Shown in pieces: positions 40,952 to 49,638 of a stretch of DNA of 64,000 bases (position 1 is the stretch's first letter; each line of letters begins with the position of its first letter). The stretch is taken from NCBI GenBank assembly GCA_046483495.1, contig JAWODC010000064.1, forward strand, positions 1 to 64,000. The letters are read 5' to 3'. This DNA is from Desulfobacterales bacterium (lineage in GTDB: Bacteria; Desulfobacterota; Desulfobacteria; Desulfobacterales; UBA5616). Both the position numbers and the translations under genes were made by a program. The notes under the pieces are model-generated. The model worked only from the letters and a program-made list of their open reading frames with translations, was not told the origin of the DNA and did not search any database.

Positions 40952-42223
40952 TTAAAAAGAATCAAGGTTGAAAAGCTTTCGAACGATATCCAGATATATG
41001 GACATATTGCGATGTGTTCCGGGGTTTTTTAACAGCATCGTCGGATCATGGAGAATTTTTTTTACGAGGGCGTTTACCATTCGATCCAAGGCCCGGCAAT
41101 CTTCCGGTGAAAGATGGTCCATGGAATGGAGGGTCTTTTCAAGTTCGGTATTTGCGATATTTTCTATCTTTTTTCGAAGCTCGACAATTGTGGGCACGAC
41201 CGACAATCCTTGAAACCATTTTCTGAATTGAATCACTGCTTCATCGACAATCCTTTCCCCCTTTTTGGCTTCATTCTGCCGATCCTGAAGATTTTCATTA
41301 ATTACCCCTTTTAGGTCGTCGATATCGTATACATAGGCATTGTCAATACGGTTTATACCGGGATCGATATTTCTGGGAACAGCAATATCGATAAAAAAAA
41401 TGGGGCGATTTCTCCGTCCCCGCATCAGTTTTTTGACGTCCGTCCGGTTTACGATATAATCCGTTGAAGCGGTGGAAGCGATCACGATGTCCGCGGGTTT
41501 CAGGCAATCGTGAACCTCCTCGAATGAGACGGCCTGACCGTTAAACCGCTTGGATAAATCCAACGCCCGCTCAAATGTTCTGTTTGCGATTTTAACCGCT
41601 CCGATCTTTTGCCGTGCGAGATGGCTCAGCGCCAGTTCGGCCATTTCGCCGGCCCCGATGAGCAGAACGTATTTGCCTTCCAGCGAACCAAAAATTTTTT
41701 TGCCCAGCTCGATAGCGGCGTAACTGATGGAAACCGCATGATCGCCGATGCCCGTCTCGGTCCGAATGCGTTTGGCAACCGAAAATGTTTTATGTAAAAG
41801 CCGGTTCAGAACGACCCCTGAGGTTTTCTTTGCCGTAGCGGAACGATAGGCCTCTTTTAATTGACCCAATATCTGCGGCTCACCCAGCATCATGGAATCC
41901 AGGCTTGCGGCGACCCGGAATACATGCCGAACGGCCGAATCACCCCTGTAAATATAAAGGCTTGCAACAAATCGCTCTTTATGAATGTTTTTCGATGTGG
42001 AAATAAACGTGACAACCTCTTCTACGGCGGAATCGGGTTCTTGAGAGGACAGCACAATTTCAACGCGGTTGCAGGTTGAAAGCAGCAGCACCTCATCGAT
42101 ATGCGGGCTTTCTATCAGCGCACCGATCCCTTTCACTGTTTCTTCAGGGGAAAACGCAATGCATTCCCTCGTTTCAACAAGTGCGGTTTTGTGATTTAAT
42201 CCAATAACAATAATTTCCTGCAT
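40952..42223 (-). CDS. hemA: Glutamyl-tRNA reductase
   Basis: STCNRVE, LDSMMLGEPQILGQ, GAGEMA, DIAVPRNID. Confidence 0.97.
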   Translation of the reverse strand: MQEIIVIGLNHKTALVETRECIAFSPEETVKGIGALIESPHIDEVLLLSTCNRVEIVLSSQEPDSAVEEVVTFISTSKNIHKERFVASLYIYRGDSAVRHVFRVAASLDSMMLGEPQILGQLKEAYRSATAKKTSGVVLNRLLHKTFSVAKRIRTETGIGDHAVSISYAAIELGKKIFGSLEGKYVLLIGAGEMAELALSHLARQKIGAVKIANRTFERALDLSKRFNGQAVSFEEVHDCLKPADIVIASTASTDYIVNRTDVKKLMRGRRNRPIFFIDIAVPRNIDPGINRIDNAYVYDIDDLKGVINENLQDRQNEAKKGERIVDEAVIQFRKWFQGLSVVPTIVELRKKIENIANTELEKTLHSMDHLSPEDCRALDRMVNALVKKILHDPTMLLKNPGTHRNMSIYLDIVRKLFNLDSF

Positions 42224-42240
42224 CGTTTTTCACTGAATTT

Positions 42241-43065
42241 CTACCATCGAGTAAATTCCTGGTGATGACCGTGAAGAAGGAAATTTACACCGAAAAACGT
42301 GAATAAAACAGCGGCAAACCCGATAATGGCAAGGATGGCGGATCGCCGCCCCCGCCAGCCGATCGTCAGTCGCTGATGTAGAAGTGCGGCATAAATCAAC
42401 CATGTAATAGCGGACCACACTTCTTTGGGATCCCAGCTCCAAAGACTCCCCCAAAGATGCCTGGCATACACGAATCCGGTAATCAATCCCAATGTCAATA
42501 GAATAAATCCAACGGCGATACAGGCATAGCCGGTCATATCCAACATTTCCAGGGGCGGCAGGCGCTTATACGAAAAGCCGAGTGTCTTGGATTTGATGGC
42601 ATGCTCCTGAACCAGGTATAAAATCCCTATACCGCAGGCCAGCGCAAAAAATGCCTCTCCCAAAAATACGCCTGCGATGTGAATCACGAACCATATGTTG
42701 TCGAAAATGGATTTCGTCTGTGCCGGCTCACCGGAAAACCGGGAGGCCGGAATCATAATGAGGGCCGCCAGCGGCGCCGCATATATCCCAAGTATTTTCA
42801 AGCGATAACGATATTGAATCCAAAGGAAAACACCCACAACCGCCCAGGATGCGATAAGCAGCGTCTGGTTCAAATTGTTGACCGGAATGTGGCCGATTGC
42901 TACAGTGCCCACTCCAATGGCGGCGGTATGGCATACGAATCCCACGGCGAGCATGCCCAACCCGAATTTCTGCATGATTCCCTTTTGGAATAACAGGTAG
43001 GCGAAATACCCGGCTGTCCCCATTACGTAAAATAATATGGTAAATTCAGCCAGCGTCTGCATCAT
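42241..43065 (-). CDS. ccsA: Cytochrome c biogenesis CcsA/HemX-type membrane protein
   Basis: WGSLWSWDPKEVWS WWD motif, multiple TM helices. Confidence 0.88.
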   Translation of the reverse strand: MMQTLAEFTILFYVMGTAGYFAYLLFQKGIMQKFGLGMLAVGFVCHTAAIGVGTVAIGHIPVNNLNQTLLIASWAVVGVFLWIQYRYRLKILGIYAAPLAALIMIPASRFSGEPAQTKSIFDNIWFVIHIAGVFLGEAFFALACGIGILYLVQEHAIKSKTLGFSYKRLPPLEMLDMTGYACIAVGFILLTLGLITGFVYARHLWGSLWSWDPKEVWSAITWLIYAALLHQRLTIGWRGRRSAILAIIGFAAVLFTFFGVNFLLHGHHQEFTRW

Positions 43066-43104
43066 GTTTCCGTTTCTTTCATCGTCGATTCCGGCTTGTA
43101 TTTA

Positions 43105-43180
43105 GTGCCCATCCGGAAATGAGAAAATTCGATTCCGTTCAAGGCGCCCGGTAAATTTTAACCACAGGAATACATTAAAT
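43105..43180. repeat. Left half of a diverged member of the MITE-like family
   Basis: GTGCCCATCCGGAAAT...GTTCAAGGC...AACCACAGGAAT matches the left half of 1490-1631. Confidence 0.65.
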
Positions 43181-43183
43181 TAA

Positions 43184-43843
43184 TCAGGACGACATCAACG
43201 AATCATAATCATAACCGGGGCCCAGTATTTTGCCAAGCGTTTCATTTATCGCATGATCATCACGATTTTTAATCATTTCGATAAGCCCCGCGTCAACGAG
43301 TTTTTCAAAAAGGGGTTTATTGTGGTGGGAAGCCCGGTTTTCATTCAGGAGTTTTTTCCGTATAGCCCCCATAAGCTCGAGAAACAACCGATGCTCATCG
43401 CCCAATCGTTTTTCCAGGTATTTTTTCAGTTTCCTGGCATATGCCGGACTTTTGCCCGTGGTGGATACCGCAATAACCAAATCGCCTCTTTCAACCAGGG
43501 ATGGCAGAATAAAATCGCACAATTCCGGCTGATCGACAATATTGCACAGTGCACCGGCCTCTTTTGCATCCGCCTGAATCCGCCGGTTCAATGCATTATC
43601 ATTCGTCGCCCCGAAAACCAGAAAAGCACCTGTGACATCGCGCGCCTCGCAGGTGCGATTTTTCCAGGTGATTTTTTTTTGATCGGCAAGCGCATGAAGG
43701 GATTCAGTAATTTCCGGACTGACCACTGTTACCGACGCGCCGCATTCGATAAGGGTCTTTGCCTTCCGGGCGGCAACATCACCGCCGCCGATGACCGTGC
43801 AACACCGCCCGGAAATATCCAGAAAAATGGGATAATATCGCAT
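43184..43843 (-). CDS. sirC: Precorrin-2 dehydrogenase / sirohydrochlorin ferrochelatase
   Basis: YYPIFL, IGGG.VA.RK, CDFILP, STTGKSP. Confidence 0.9.
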   Translation of the reverse strand: MRYYPIFLDISGRCCTVIGGGDVAARKAKTLIECGASVTVVSPEITESLHALADQKKITWKNRTCEARDVTGAFLVFGATNDNALNRRIQADAKEAGALCNIVDQPELCDFILPSLVERGDLVIAVSTTGKSPAYARKLKKYLEKRLGDEHRLFLELMGAIRKKLLNENRASHHNKPLFEKLVDAGLIEMIKNRDDHAINETLGKILGPGYDYDSLMSS

Positions 43844-43848
43844 ATTTT

Positions 43849-44679
43849 CTATTCCTCGAGTCTTAAGATCATCAGATCCTCGGCCAATACGAGGGGGCCG
43901 GAATACGCCGTTCGACATTCTTTTTCAGCCGTAAGTCTGTCACATTCCGGGTAGAAATGCGTCAAAACGAGTTTCCCGACATTTGCCAGTCGCGCTGTTT
44001 TCCCGGCCAGGCCCGGCGACATGTGGCCTTTCATTTTTCGGTCGGCCGGGGTCGAGGCATCACAAATCAGCAGATCCGCATTTTGAGCCAGGGACACCAG
44101 ATCATCGCAAAAATCCGTATCACCCGAATAGACCATGGATTTACCGCCGGCATCGGTAATTCTGAAGGCAATGCTCTCGGGGTTGTGGCTAACCGGAACG
44201 GTATCCACCAAAAACGAAACGAAATCGATTCGGTCAGGTTCTGAAACACTCATTTCCACACATTTCAGGGGCCATCCATCCGCCTCGGGTTCTATCCAGC
44301 GTCCGTACACGCTTCTCAGCCGGTCGTAAAAATCGGACAAGCCCTTTCCTCCAACGATCGTAACGCCTTTTTTCTGAAAAACCGTGCGTGTGTGTTTATA
44401 TGAAAAAAGAAACGAAGCCAGTTCGCCGGTATGGTCCGGATGAAAATGGCTGATAAACACATGCGAAATATCGAAAATGGTCGCACCGGCGGTCAGCAGT
44501 CGAAAAATAGTGCCCGGTCCGATATCGATCAGCAGCTTCAGTCCCGACACCTCCAAAAGGGCGGCACTGGAGCTTCGCGCAAGAGAAGGAACGCAGGTGC
44601 CCGAACCCAGAATGGTTACCGTGGTCGCTTTGTCGAAAAAGCGGACCTCATCGGGATGAGAATTATTTTTTTCCTGCAT
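43849..44679 (-). CDS. MBL-fold hydrolase (RNase Z-like)
   Basis: ILGSG, SHFHPDH, YSGDT, LTHFYP. Confidence 0.85.
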   Translation of the reverse strand: MQEKNNSHPDEVRFFDKATTVTILGSGTCVPSLARSSSAALLEVSGLKLLIDIGPGTIFRLLTAGATIFDISHVFISHFHPDHTGELASFLFSYKHTRTVFQKKGVTIVGGKGLSDFYDRLRSVYGRWIEPEADGWPLKCVEMSVSEPDRIDFVSFLVDTVPVSHNPESIAFRITDAGGKSMVYSGDTDFCDDLVSLAQNADLLICDASTPADRKMKGHMSPGLAGKTARLANVGKLVLTHFYPECDRLTAEKECRTAYSGPLVLAEDLMILRLEE

Positions 44680-45652
44680 GGTGCTGTACTTGACGGATAA
44701 TCCAATTTTGCAGCTTGGCGGCATCCTGGTAATCCACCTGTCCGCTCAGGTCTGAAAGCATAATTTCAGCCCTTGCCATGCTTTTATGCCCTCCTGCTGA
44801 GCCGACATGACCGAAGCTTTTTTTTACAATGTTACCGGAATTTTTTCGAATACCATCATTTCTGAATATGACGATCAGCCGATTGGACCATATCCCGGAA
44901 ACGATACTCCAGTTGATATCATTCACCCGCAGAAAGAAATCGGCGATCAGGACGCACGCATCGGGGTTTGAAATGGGCCCTAAGTGAACGAACACCCGTT
45001 TTTTTCGGCGTTTCATGTTTTCGAGGGCCGTTCTGAAATGCTTCAAAAACTCCGCCGGGATTTCGGATTGTTCGATTTTTCGAATAATATAAGGATTCGA
45101 ATGGTGAAACAGGAACTGAAATGCGCGGAGGTCCTCCACAAGCGTCTGACGTTCAAAATTGCTGGTATCCGTTTTAATAGCATAAAAAAGGGCGGTGGCA
45201 AGCTTTGCCGATGGTTTGATTTTAGCGGCGCGCAGGTATTCCGTGAGCATGGTGGCAGTGGCGCCGTAACTGGGGCGAATGTCCTTAAAAGCGGCCTCGG
45301 GCGCGGTGTCCGGATGATGATCGATGATCACATCGAATGTAAACCTCTGAAAATGCACATTGTGGTCCGGCTGGGAATCGACCATAACGAACCGGGCAAA
45401 CCGCTCAGGCTCTATTTGCGAGACATGGGTCAAATTCACGCCCAACAGCCGAAGCATCGTCAGGTTATCCGGGCGCTTGACGATATTGATATTGGATATG
45501 ACCACACCGGCCACTTTTCGCCACAACAGCCGTTTTACCGCCATCGCACACGCAATGGCATCCGGGTCTGCATTAATGAGTATCAATACGTTGTCTTCAC
45601 TGGTAAAATGCGTATAAAAGCGTCTCAGCCGCTCAGATGTCGATATTTTCAC
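44663..45652 (-). CDS. DHH family phosphoesterase
   Basis: DPDA, VD, IDHH, TDT, AGGH. Confidence 0.88.
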   Translation of the reverse strand: MKISTSERLRRFYTHFTSEDNVLILINADPDAIACAMAVKRLLWRKVAGVVISNINIVKRPDNLTMLRLLGVNLTHVSQIEPERFARFVMVDSQPDHNVHFQRFTFDVIIDHHPDTAPEAAFKDIRPSYGATATMLTEYLRAAKIKPSAKLATALFYAIKTDTSNFERQTLVEDLRAFQFLFHHSNPYIIRKIEQSEIPAEFLKHFRTALENMKRRKKRVFVHLGPISNPDACVLIADFFLRVNDINWSIVSGIWSNRLIVIFRNDGIRKNSGNIVKKSFGHVGSAGGHKSMARAEIMLSDLSGQVDYQDAAKLQNWIIRQVQHHAGKK

Positions 45653-45770
45653 GATGGTCCTTCTTTTGCCAATTATTCCTTTTTTTTAAGTCCATTCTAT
45701 GACGTAAGGTCGTTAATTTCAAACCATTTTTCTCGTCTGCAGCCGTACGAAAAAAGATATGAGCTTTCTC

Positions 45771-45800
45771 TTGACAGTATAATGATTTTCCTGGTATTCG
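45771..45800 (+). promoter_or_regulatory. Candidate promoter of the Fo operon
   Basis: TTGACA at 45771; TG-G-TATTCG at about 18 nt. Confidence 0.4.
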
Positions 45801-45851
45801 GCTGGTTTGGTTTAATCAATTTAGACTTCCCCTAATATAATAGGTGGCTTA

Positions 45852-46121
45852 ATGCCGAAACAAAAAAGAGCACATAGTCGCCAGACCACTAATTGGGCCG
45901 AAGGCCTTACCATTATTATGCAGTTGGGCCTGAACATGGCGGGAAGCATCATTTTTTGTTTTTTCGTTGGATATTATATTGACAAATGGCTTTCGACAAA
46001 AGGGATTTTTACGGTGGTTTTTACTATTCTTGGCGTAATCGGTGGCGGATATACTTCATATCGGCAGATAATGGAATTCTCAGAGAAAAAAAATAATCGA
46101 AAAAACAATGAAATCGGTTAG
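45852..46121 (+). CDS. atpZ: AtpZ/AtpI-like (ATPase gene 1) membrane protein
   Basis: Two TM helices, G.YIDKWL.T..IF...GV.GG. Confidence 0.75.
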   Translation: MPKQKRAHSRQTTNWAEGLTIIMQLGLNMAGSIIFCFFVGYYIDKWLSTKGIFTVVFTILGVIGGGYTSYRQIMEFSEKKNNRKNNEIG

Positions 46122-46494
46122 GACGATCCAGAAAAAATACTGTTCAAGAGCCATGATGTTTTCCATTTGCATCAGCTTGGGCTTCATTCTTCTTGGAGAA
46201 AAAGCAATAGGAAAGGGAATTGTTCTTGGAACACTGTTCAGCATCATCAATTTTGTCCTTATCGGGGAAATGCTCCCTGCCCGGTTCGCCAAAGGAAAGA
46301 GAAAAACTTTCTTCATCAGTCTGGGATCGATCTTTTTCAGATACCTTCTGCTGGCGATTCCGATCGTACCTGCAGTCAAATATGACACATTCAACTTGTA
46401 TGCAACGGTCGCCGCACTCTTTTCCGTTCAACTGATGATAATAGCCGAACATATATTAGGGATTCTTCCCTTAAAACGAAAACAACAGGCCTAG
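46108..46494 (+). CDS. atpI: ATP synthase I chain
   Basis: Four TM helices, G..LG..SIINF, position before atpB. Confidence 0.75.
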   Translation: MKSVRTIQKKYCSRAMMFSICISLGFILLGEKAIGKGIVLGTLFSIINFVLIGEMLPARFAKGKRKTFFISLGSIFFRYLLLAIPIVPAVKYDTFNLYATVAALFSVQLMIIAEHILGILPLKRKQQA

Positions 46495-46524
46495 CCGTCA
46501 TATCGATGCACAGGTGGAGTAGTC

Positions 46525-47199
46525 ATGAAAGAATTAGGAAAAATTCACCAATTGATCGTTCCATTCTTCGGACATGACATGGTGTTTAATTTAGAAGTTA
46601 TCCTCATGACGTGGATCGTTATCGCACTGCTTACCGTTTTTGGAATTTTAGCGGTTCGCAAAATGGGAATCATTCCGCATTACATACAGATGGTTGGAGA
46701 GATGTTCGTTTCACAAATGTATGGAATGACCGAAGATTCGCTGGGTAAAGAACTTGCCCGCAAGTACGCACCGATGATTTGCGCTCTATTCATGTTTTTG
46801 CTGTTGTCAAATTGGCTGGGTATCATTCCTCATCTTCATGAACCTACGAAAGATTTGAATACACCATTAGGAATGGGGATCATGGGTTTTTTTGTAGCCC
46901 ACTACGTGGGCATAAAGGAGAAAGGATTCAAGGGATATTTAGGTAATTATTTCGAACCTTTTTTCTTTATGCTGCCATTGAATATCATCGATGCCCTGTC
47001 CAAGGTAATCAGCATTTCCTTCCGTCTCTTCGGCAACATCATGGGAGGCTCTATTATCATTCTGGTGGTTTCTTATCTAACTTACAGTCTTGTTCTGCCG
47101 CCGATCTTGAATGTTTTTTTCGGTCTTTTTGTCGGAACAATCCAGGCATTTGTATTTACCATGCTTACCGTTACATATATTTCATTGCAGGTAAATTAG
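46525..47199 (+). CDS. atpB: ATP synthase Fo subunit a
   Basis: SNWLG, PTKDLN, SISFRLFGN (essential Arg), IQAFVF..L...Y. Confidence 0.95.
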   Translation: MKELGKIHQLIVPFFGHDMVFNLEVILMTWIVIALLTVFGILAVRKMGIIPHYIQMVGEMFVSQMYGMTEDSLGKELARKYAPMICALFMFLLLSNWLGIIPHLHEPTKDLNTPLGMGIMGFFVAHYVGIKEKGFKGYLGNYFEPFFFMLPLNIIDALSKVISISFRLFGNIMGGSIIILVVSYLTYSLVLPPILNVFFGLFVGTIQAFVFTMLTVTYISLQVN

Positions 47200-47202
47200 G
47201 AT

Positions 47203-48177
47203 ATGGCAATCGATATTCAAACTTGGGTTAAGGTGGCAGCATTTGCAGGCGGCGGGCTTGCGATGGGTCTTGGGGCCATAGGAGCGGCTATCGGTGAAGG
47301 ATATACGGCCGCATCCGCCAACGCCGCAATTTCGAGGAATCCTGAAATTTCCGGAGATGTATTCAAATCCATGCTGATGGGACAAGCCATTGCCGAATCC
47401 GCATCGATTTTTGCGCTTGTTATTGCGATGATACTTTTGTTTTCAGATTTTTCGGCAAATTCCTACGTAATGATTAGTGTTTTGCTTGCCGCCGGTTTGT
47501 GCATGGGCCTCGGAGCGGTAGGATCCGGTGTCGGATCGGGATTTCCGGGCGGTGCGGCTTGCGAAGGGATGGCCCGCCAACCCAGTGCATCAGGTCGATT
47601 AACAACGAATATGCTGATTGGATCCGCAGTAGCCCAAACGCCGGCCATTTTCGCTCTGGTGACGGCCTTCATTCTTTTATTCACTGATTTTTCAACCCGA
47701 CCCGTATATCCTACATGGGCCGCCATTTTGGGTGCGGGATTCGCTTCCGGCTTTGGAGCAATCGGATCGGGATTGGGTGGTGGTTTGGTTGCCCAGACAA
47801 GCTGTTTGGGTGTTGCCCGTCAGCCTCTCGCCGCCACTCCGGTAACAAATGTCATGCTGCTGGGCCAAGCCGTAACTCAGACCACGGCAATTTACGGATT
47901 GTTGGTCAGTTTCATTCTTATATTCAAATTTTTCCCGGCAACGCCGGCAATCGCACCCGGCATGGCCCTCTTGGGAGCCGGACTGTGCATGGGGATCGGT
48001 GCTATCGGGTCGGGAGTTGGTGAAGGTCTGGCGGCACGCAGCGCCGTCGACTGGATTTCCAGGAATGAGGAGGCAATCCCGGATATTACGCGAGTAATGT
48101 TGGTAGGCCAGGCAGTGGCGGAATCCACCGGCATCTATTCCCTGGTTGTGGCTTTGGTTTTAATATTTGTAATCTGA
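47203..48177 (+). CDS. atpE: Four-hairpin (8 TM) ATP synthase c subunit with two carboxylate-less hairpins
   Basis: Four ~81-aa repeats with GxGxGxG and R-N/Q-P/E loops; E65, Q145, Q226, E307. Confidence 0.92.
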   Translation: MAIDIQTWVKVAAFAGGGLAMGLGAIGAAIGEGYTAASANAAISRNPEISGDVFKSMLMGQAIAESASIFALVIAMILLFSDFSANSYVMISVLLAAGLCMGLGAVGSGVGSGFPGGAACEGMARQPSASGRLTTNMLIGSAVAQTPAIFALVTAFILLFTDFSTRPVYPTWAAILGAGFASGFGAIGSGLGGGLVAQTSCLGVARQPLAATPVTNVMLLGQAVTQTTAIYGLLVSFILIFKFFPATPAIAPGMALLGAGLCMGIGAIGSGVGEGLAARSAVDWISRNEEAIPDITRVMLVGQAVAESTGIYSLVVALVLIFVI

Positions 48178-48220
48178 CGATGTATTGTTATTTCATCACT
48201 TTTGTTTACAGGAGGATATC

Positions 48221-48469
48221 ATGGCAATCGAAGGAGCGGACATCATTCAATCGGCAGCATTTTTGGGAGCAGGATTGGCGATGGGTCTCGGTGCAATAGG
48301 CCCGGGAGTCGGCGAAGGTATGGCTGCGGCAAAAGCATGTGAAGCCATCGGAAAAAACCCCAAAGAAGCAGGACTGCTGACCCGAACCATGTTGGTGGGT
48401 CAGGCCGTATCCGAGTCAACGGGCATTTATTCCCTCGTAATCGCGTTGTTGCTTTTATTCGTAGTTTAA
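48221..48469 (+). CDS. atpE: Single-hairpin ATP synthase c subunit with two-carboxylate Na+-type motif
   Basis: P28, E32, V63, E65-S66-T67, Y70; AGGAGG RBS. Confidence 0.95.
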   Translation: MAIEGADIIQSAAFLGAGLAMGLGAIGPGVGEGMAAAKACEAIGKNPKEAGLLTRTMLVGQAVSESTGIYSLVIALLLLFVV

Positions 48470-48491
48470 CCACAACATCTGGATCGGTTCC

Positions 48492-48944
48492 ATGGAGATC
48501 ATCAGCAATATTGCACTCATCAGTATCAATGAAACATTGATCATACAGGTGCTTTCCTTTTTGATATTTTTATTGATCATCAATCGTTTGATGTTTCGCC
48601 CGATAATCGAGATGATTTCCCGGCGGGAAACCCATATTGATCATGTAAAAAGAGAAATCGAACAGGCCGAAGTTGAACTGGACCAAATGAACGCCAGGCT
48701 GAAAGAGCAGGAAACTGTCGTCAAGGAAGAGGCCTTCGATCTGAAGAAGGAGCTGGAAGAGGCCGGTGGCCGAAAAGCAAGCGGCATTTACCTGGCGGTC
48801 AAGGAACAAATTACCGCAAACAAAAAAAAGGCGGAAGAGGAAATAAATTTTCAGATCGAAGCGTCCAAGAATCAAATTAAACAAGAGGCCGAGACGGTGT
48901 CCCTATCCATCATCGAACGAATATTGGATCGGAGATTAACCTGA
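48492..48944 (+). CDS. atpF: ATP synthase subunit b'
   Basis: IN.TL.IQ..SF..L...L.F.P....I..R...I plus coiled coil. Confidence 0.85.
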   Translation: MEIISNIALISINETLIIQVLSFLIFLLIINRLMFRPIIEMISRRETHIDHVKREIEQAEVELDQMNARLKEQETVVKEEAFDLKKELEEAGGRKASGIYLAVKEQITANKKKAEEEINFQIEASKNQIKQEAETVSLSIIERILDRRLT

Positions 48945-49537
48945 TGTGCAGGTTCAGAAAAGTACTTAATCGGATCAACTGGCGGCTGCTCTTCGTATGT
49001 ATTTTCTGTTTTGCCGCAAAAGCGCTTGCCCAGGAGGGCGAAAACGATTGGCGTGCCACATATGATATCTTCATGATGTGGATTAATTTTTTTATTTTGG
49101 TAATTTTGTTCATAAAATTCGGCAAAAAACCGATAAAAAATTACCTGAAAGGACAAAAAGAAGAAGTCAGTGATGAGATCACCGGATTGGAGGGGCAGCG
49201 CAATGATATGCTGCGGCGGATTAAGGACATGGGCAAAGAAATGGAGGAAAGCCGGATTCGTTTTCAGGAGATAAAAGAGAAAATCATCAGCCAGGGTGAA
49301 GCGAAAAAACAGCAAATCATTGAAGAGGCCGAACTGCAAAGCAGGGTCATGCTCGAAGATGCCCAGCGACGCATCGAAAACCGTATTTTGAGCGCAAAAA
49401 AAGATGTGCATGCGCAGCTTGTAGATGAGGCCGTGGAATTAGCCTTTCAATCGATCGGACGATATATCACCGATGAAGACAACCGGAAATTTCTTCAGCA
49501 GTTTCTGGATTCAGCGGCCTTCAAGCAGCCGCTTTAA
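48944..49537 (+). CDS. atpF: ATP synthase subunit b
   Basis: INFFILV.L...FGKKPI..YL plus coiled coil; N-terminal signal-like extension. Confidence 0.85.
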   Translation: MCRFRKVLNRINWRLLFVCIFCFAAKALAQEGENDWRATYDIFMMWINFFILVILFIKFGKKPIKNYLKGQKEEVSDEITGLEGQRNDMLRRIKDMGKEMEESRIRFQEIKEKIISQGEAKKQQIIEEAELQSRVMLEDAQRRIENRILSAKKDVHAQLVDEAVELAFQSIGRYITDEDNRKFLQQFLDSAAFKQPL

Positions 49538-49601
49538 CGGTTTCAAACTCATACCAACCCCGATATCGGCGTTGAGGCTGAAGAATTAAATTGTATTCAT
49601 C

Positions 49602-49630
49602 AGGGGTGAAGCATCAGCTTTACCCCTTTT
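49602..49630. terminator. Terminator between the Fo operon and convergent clpB
   Basis: AGGGGTGAAGC-ATCA-GCTTTACCCCT-TTT. Confidence 0.7.
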
Positions 49631-49638
49631 GTTCGCTT

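Noticed and set aside
45852..49537. N-ATPase or V/A-type operon
   Set aside because: No F1/V1 genes; gene order and subunits a, b, b' are F-type.
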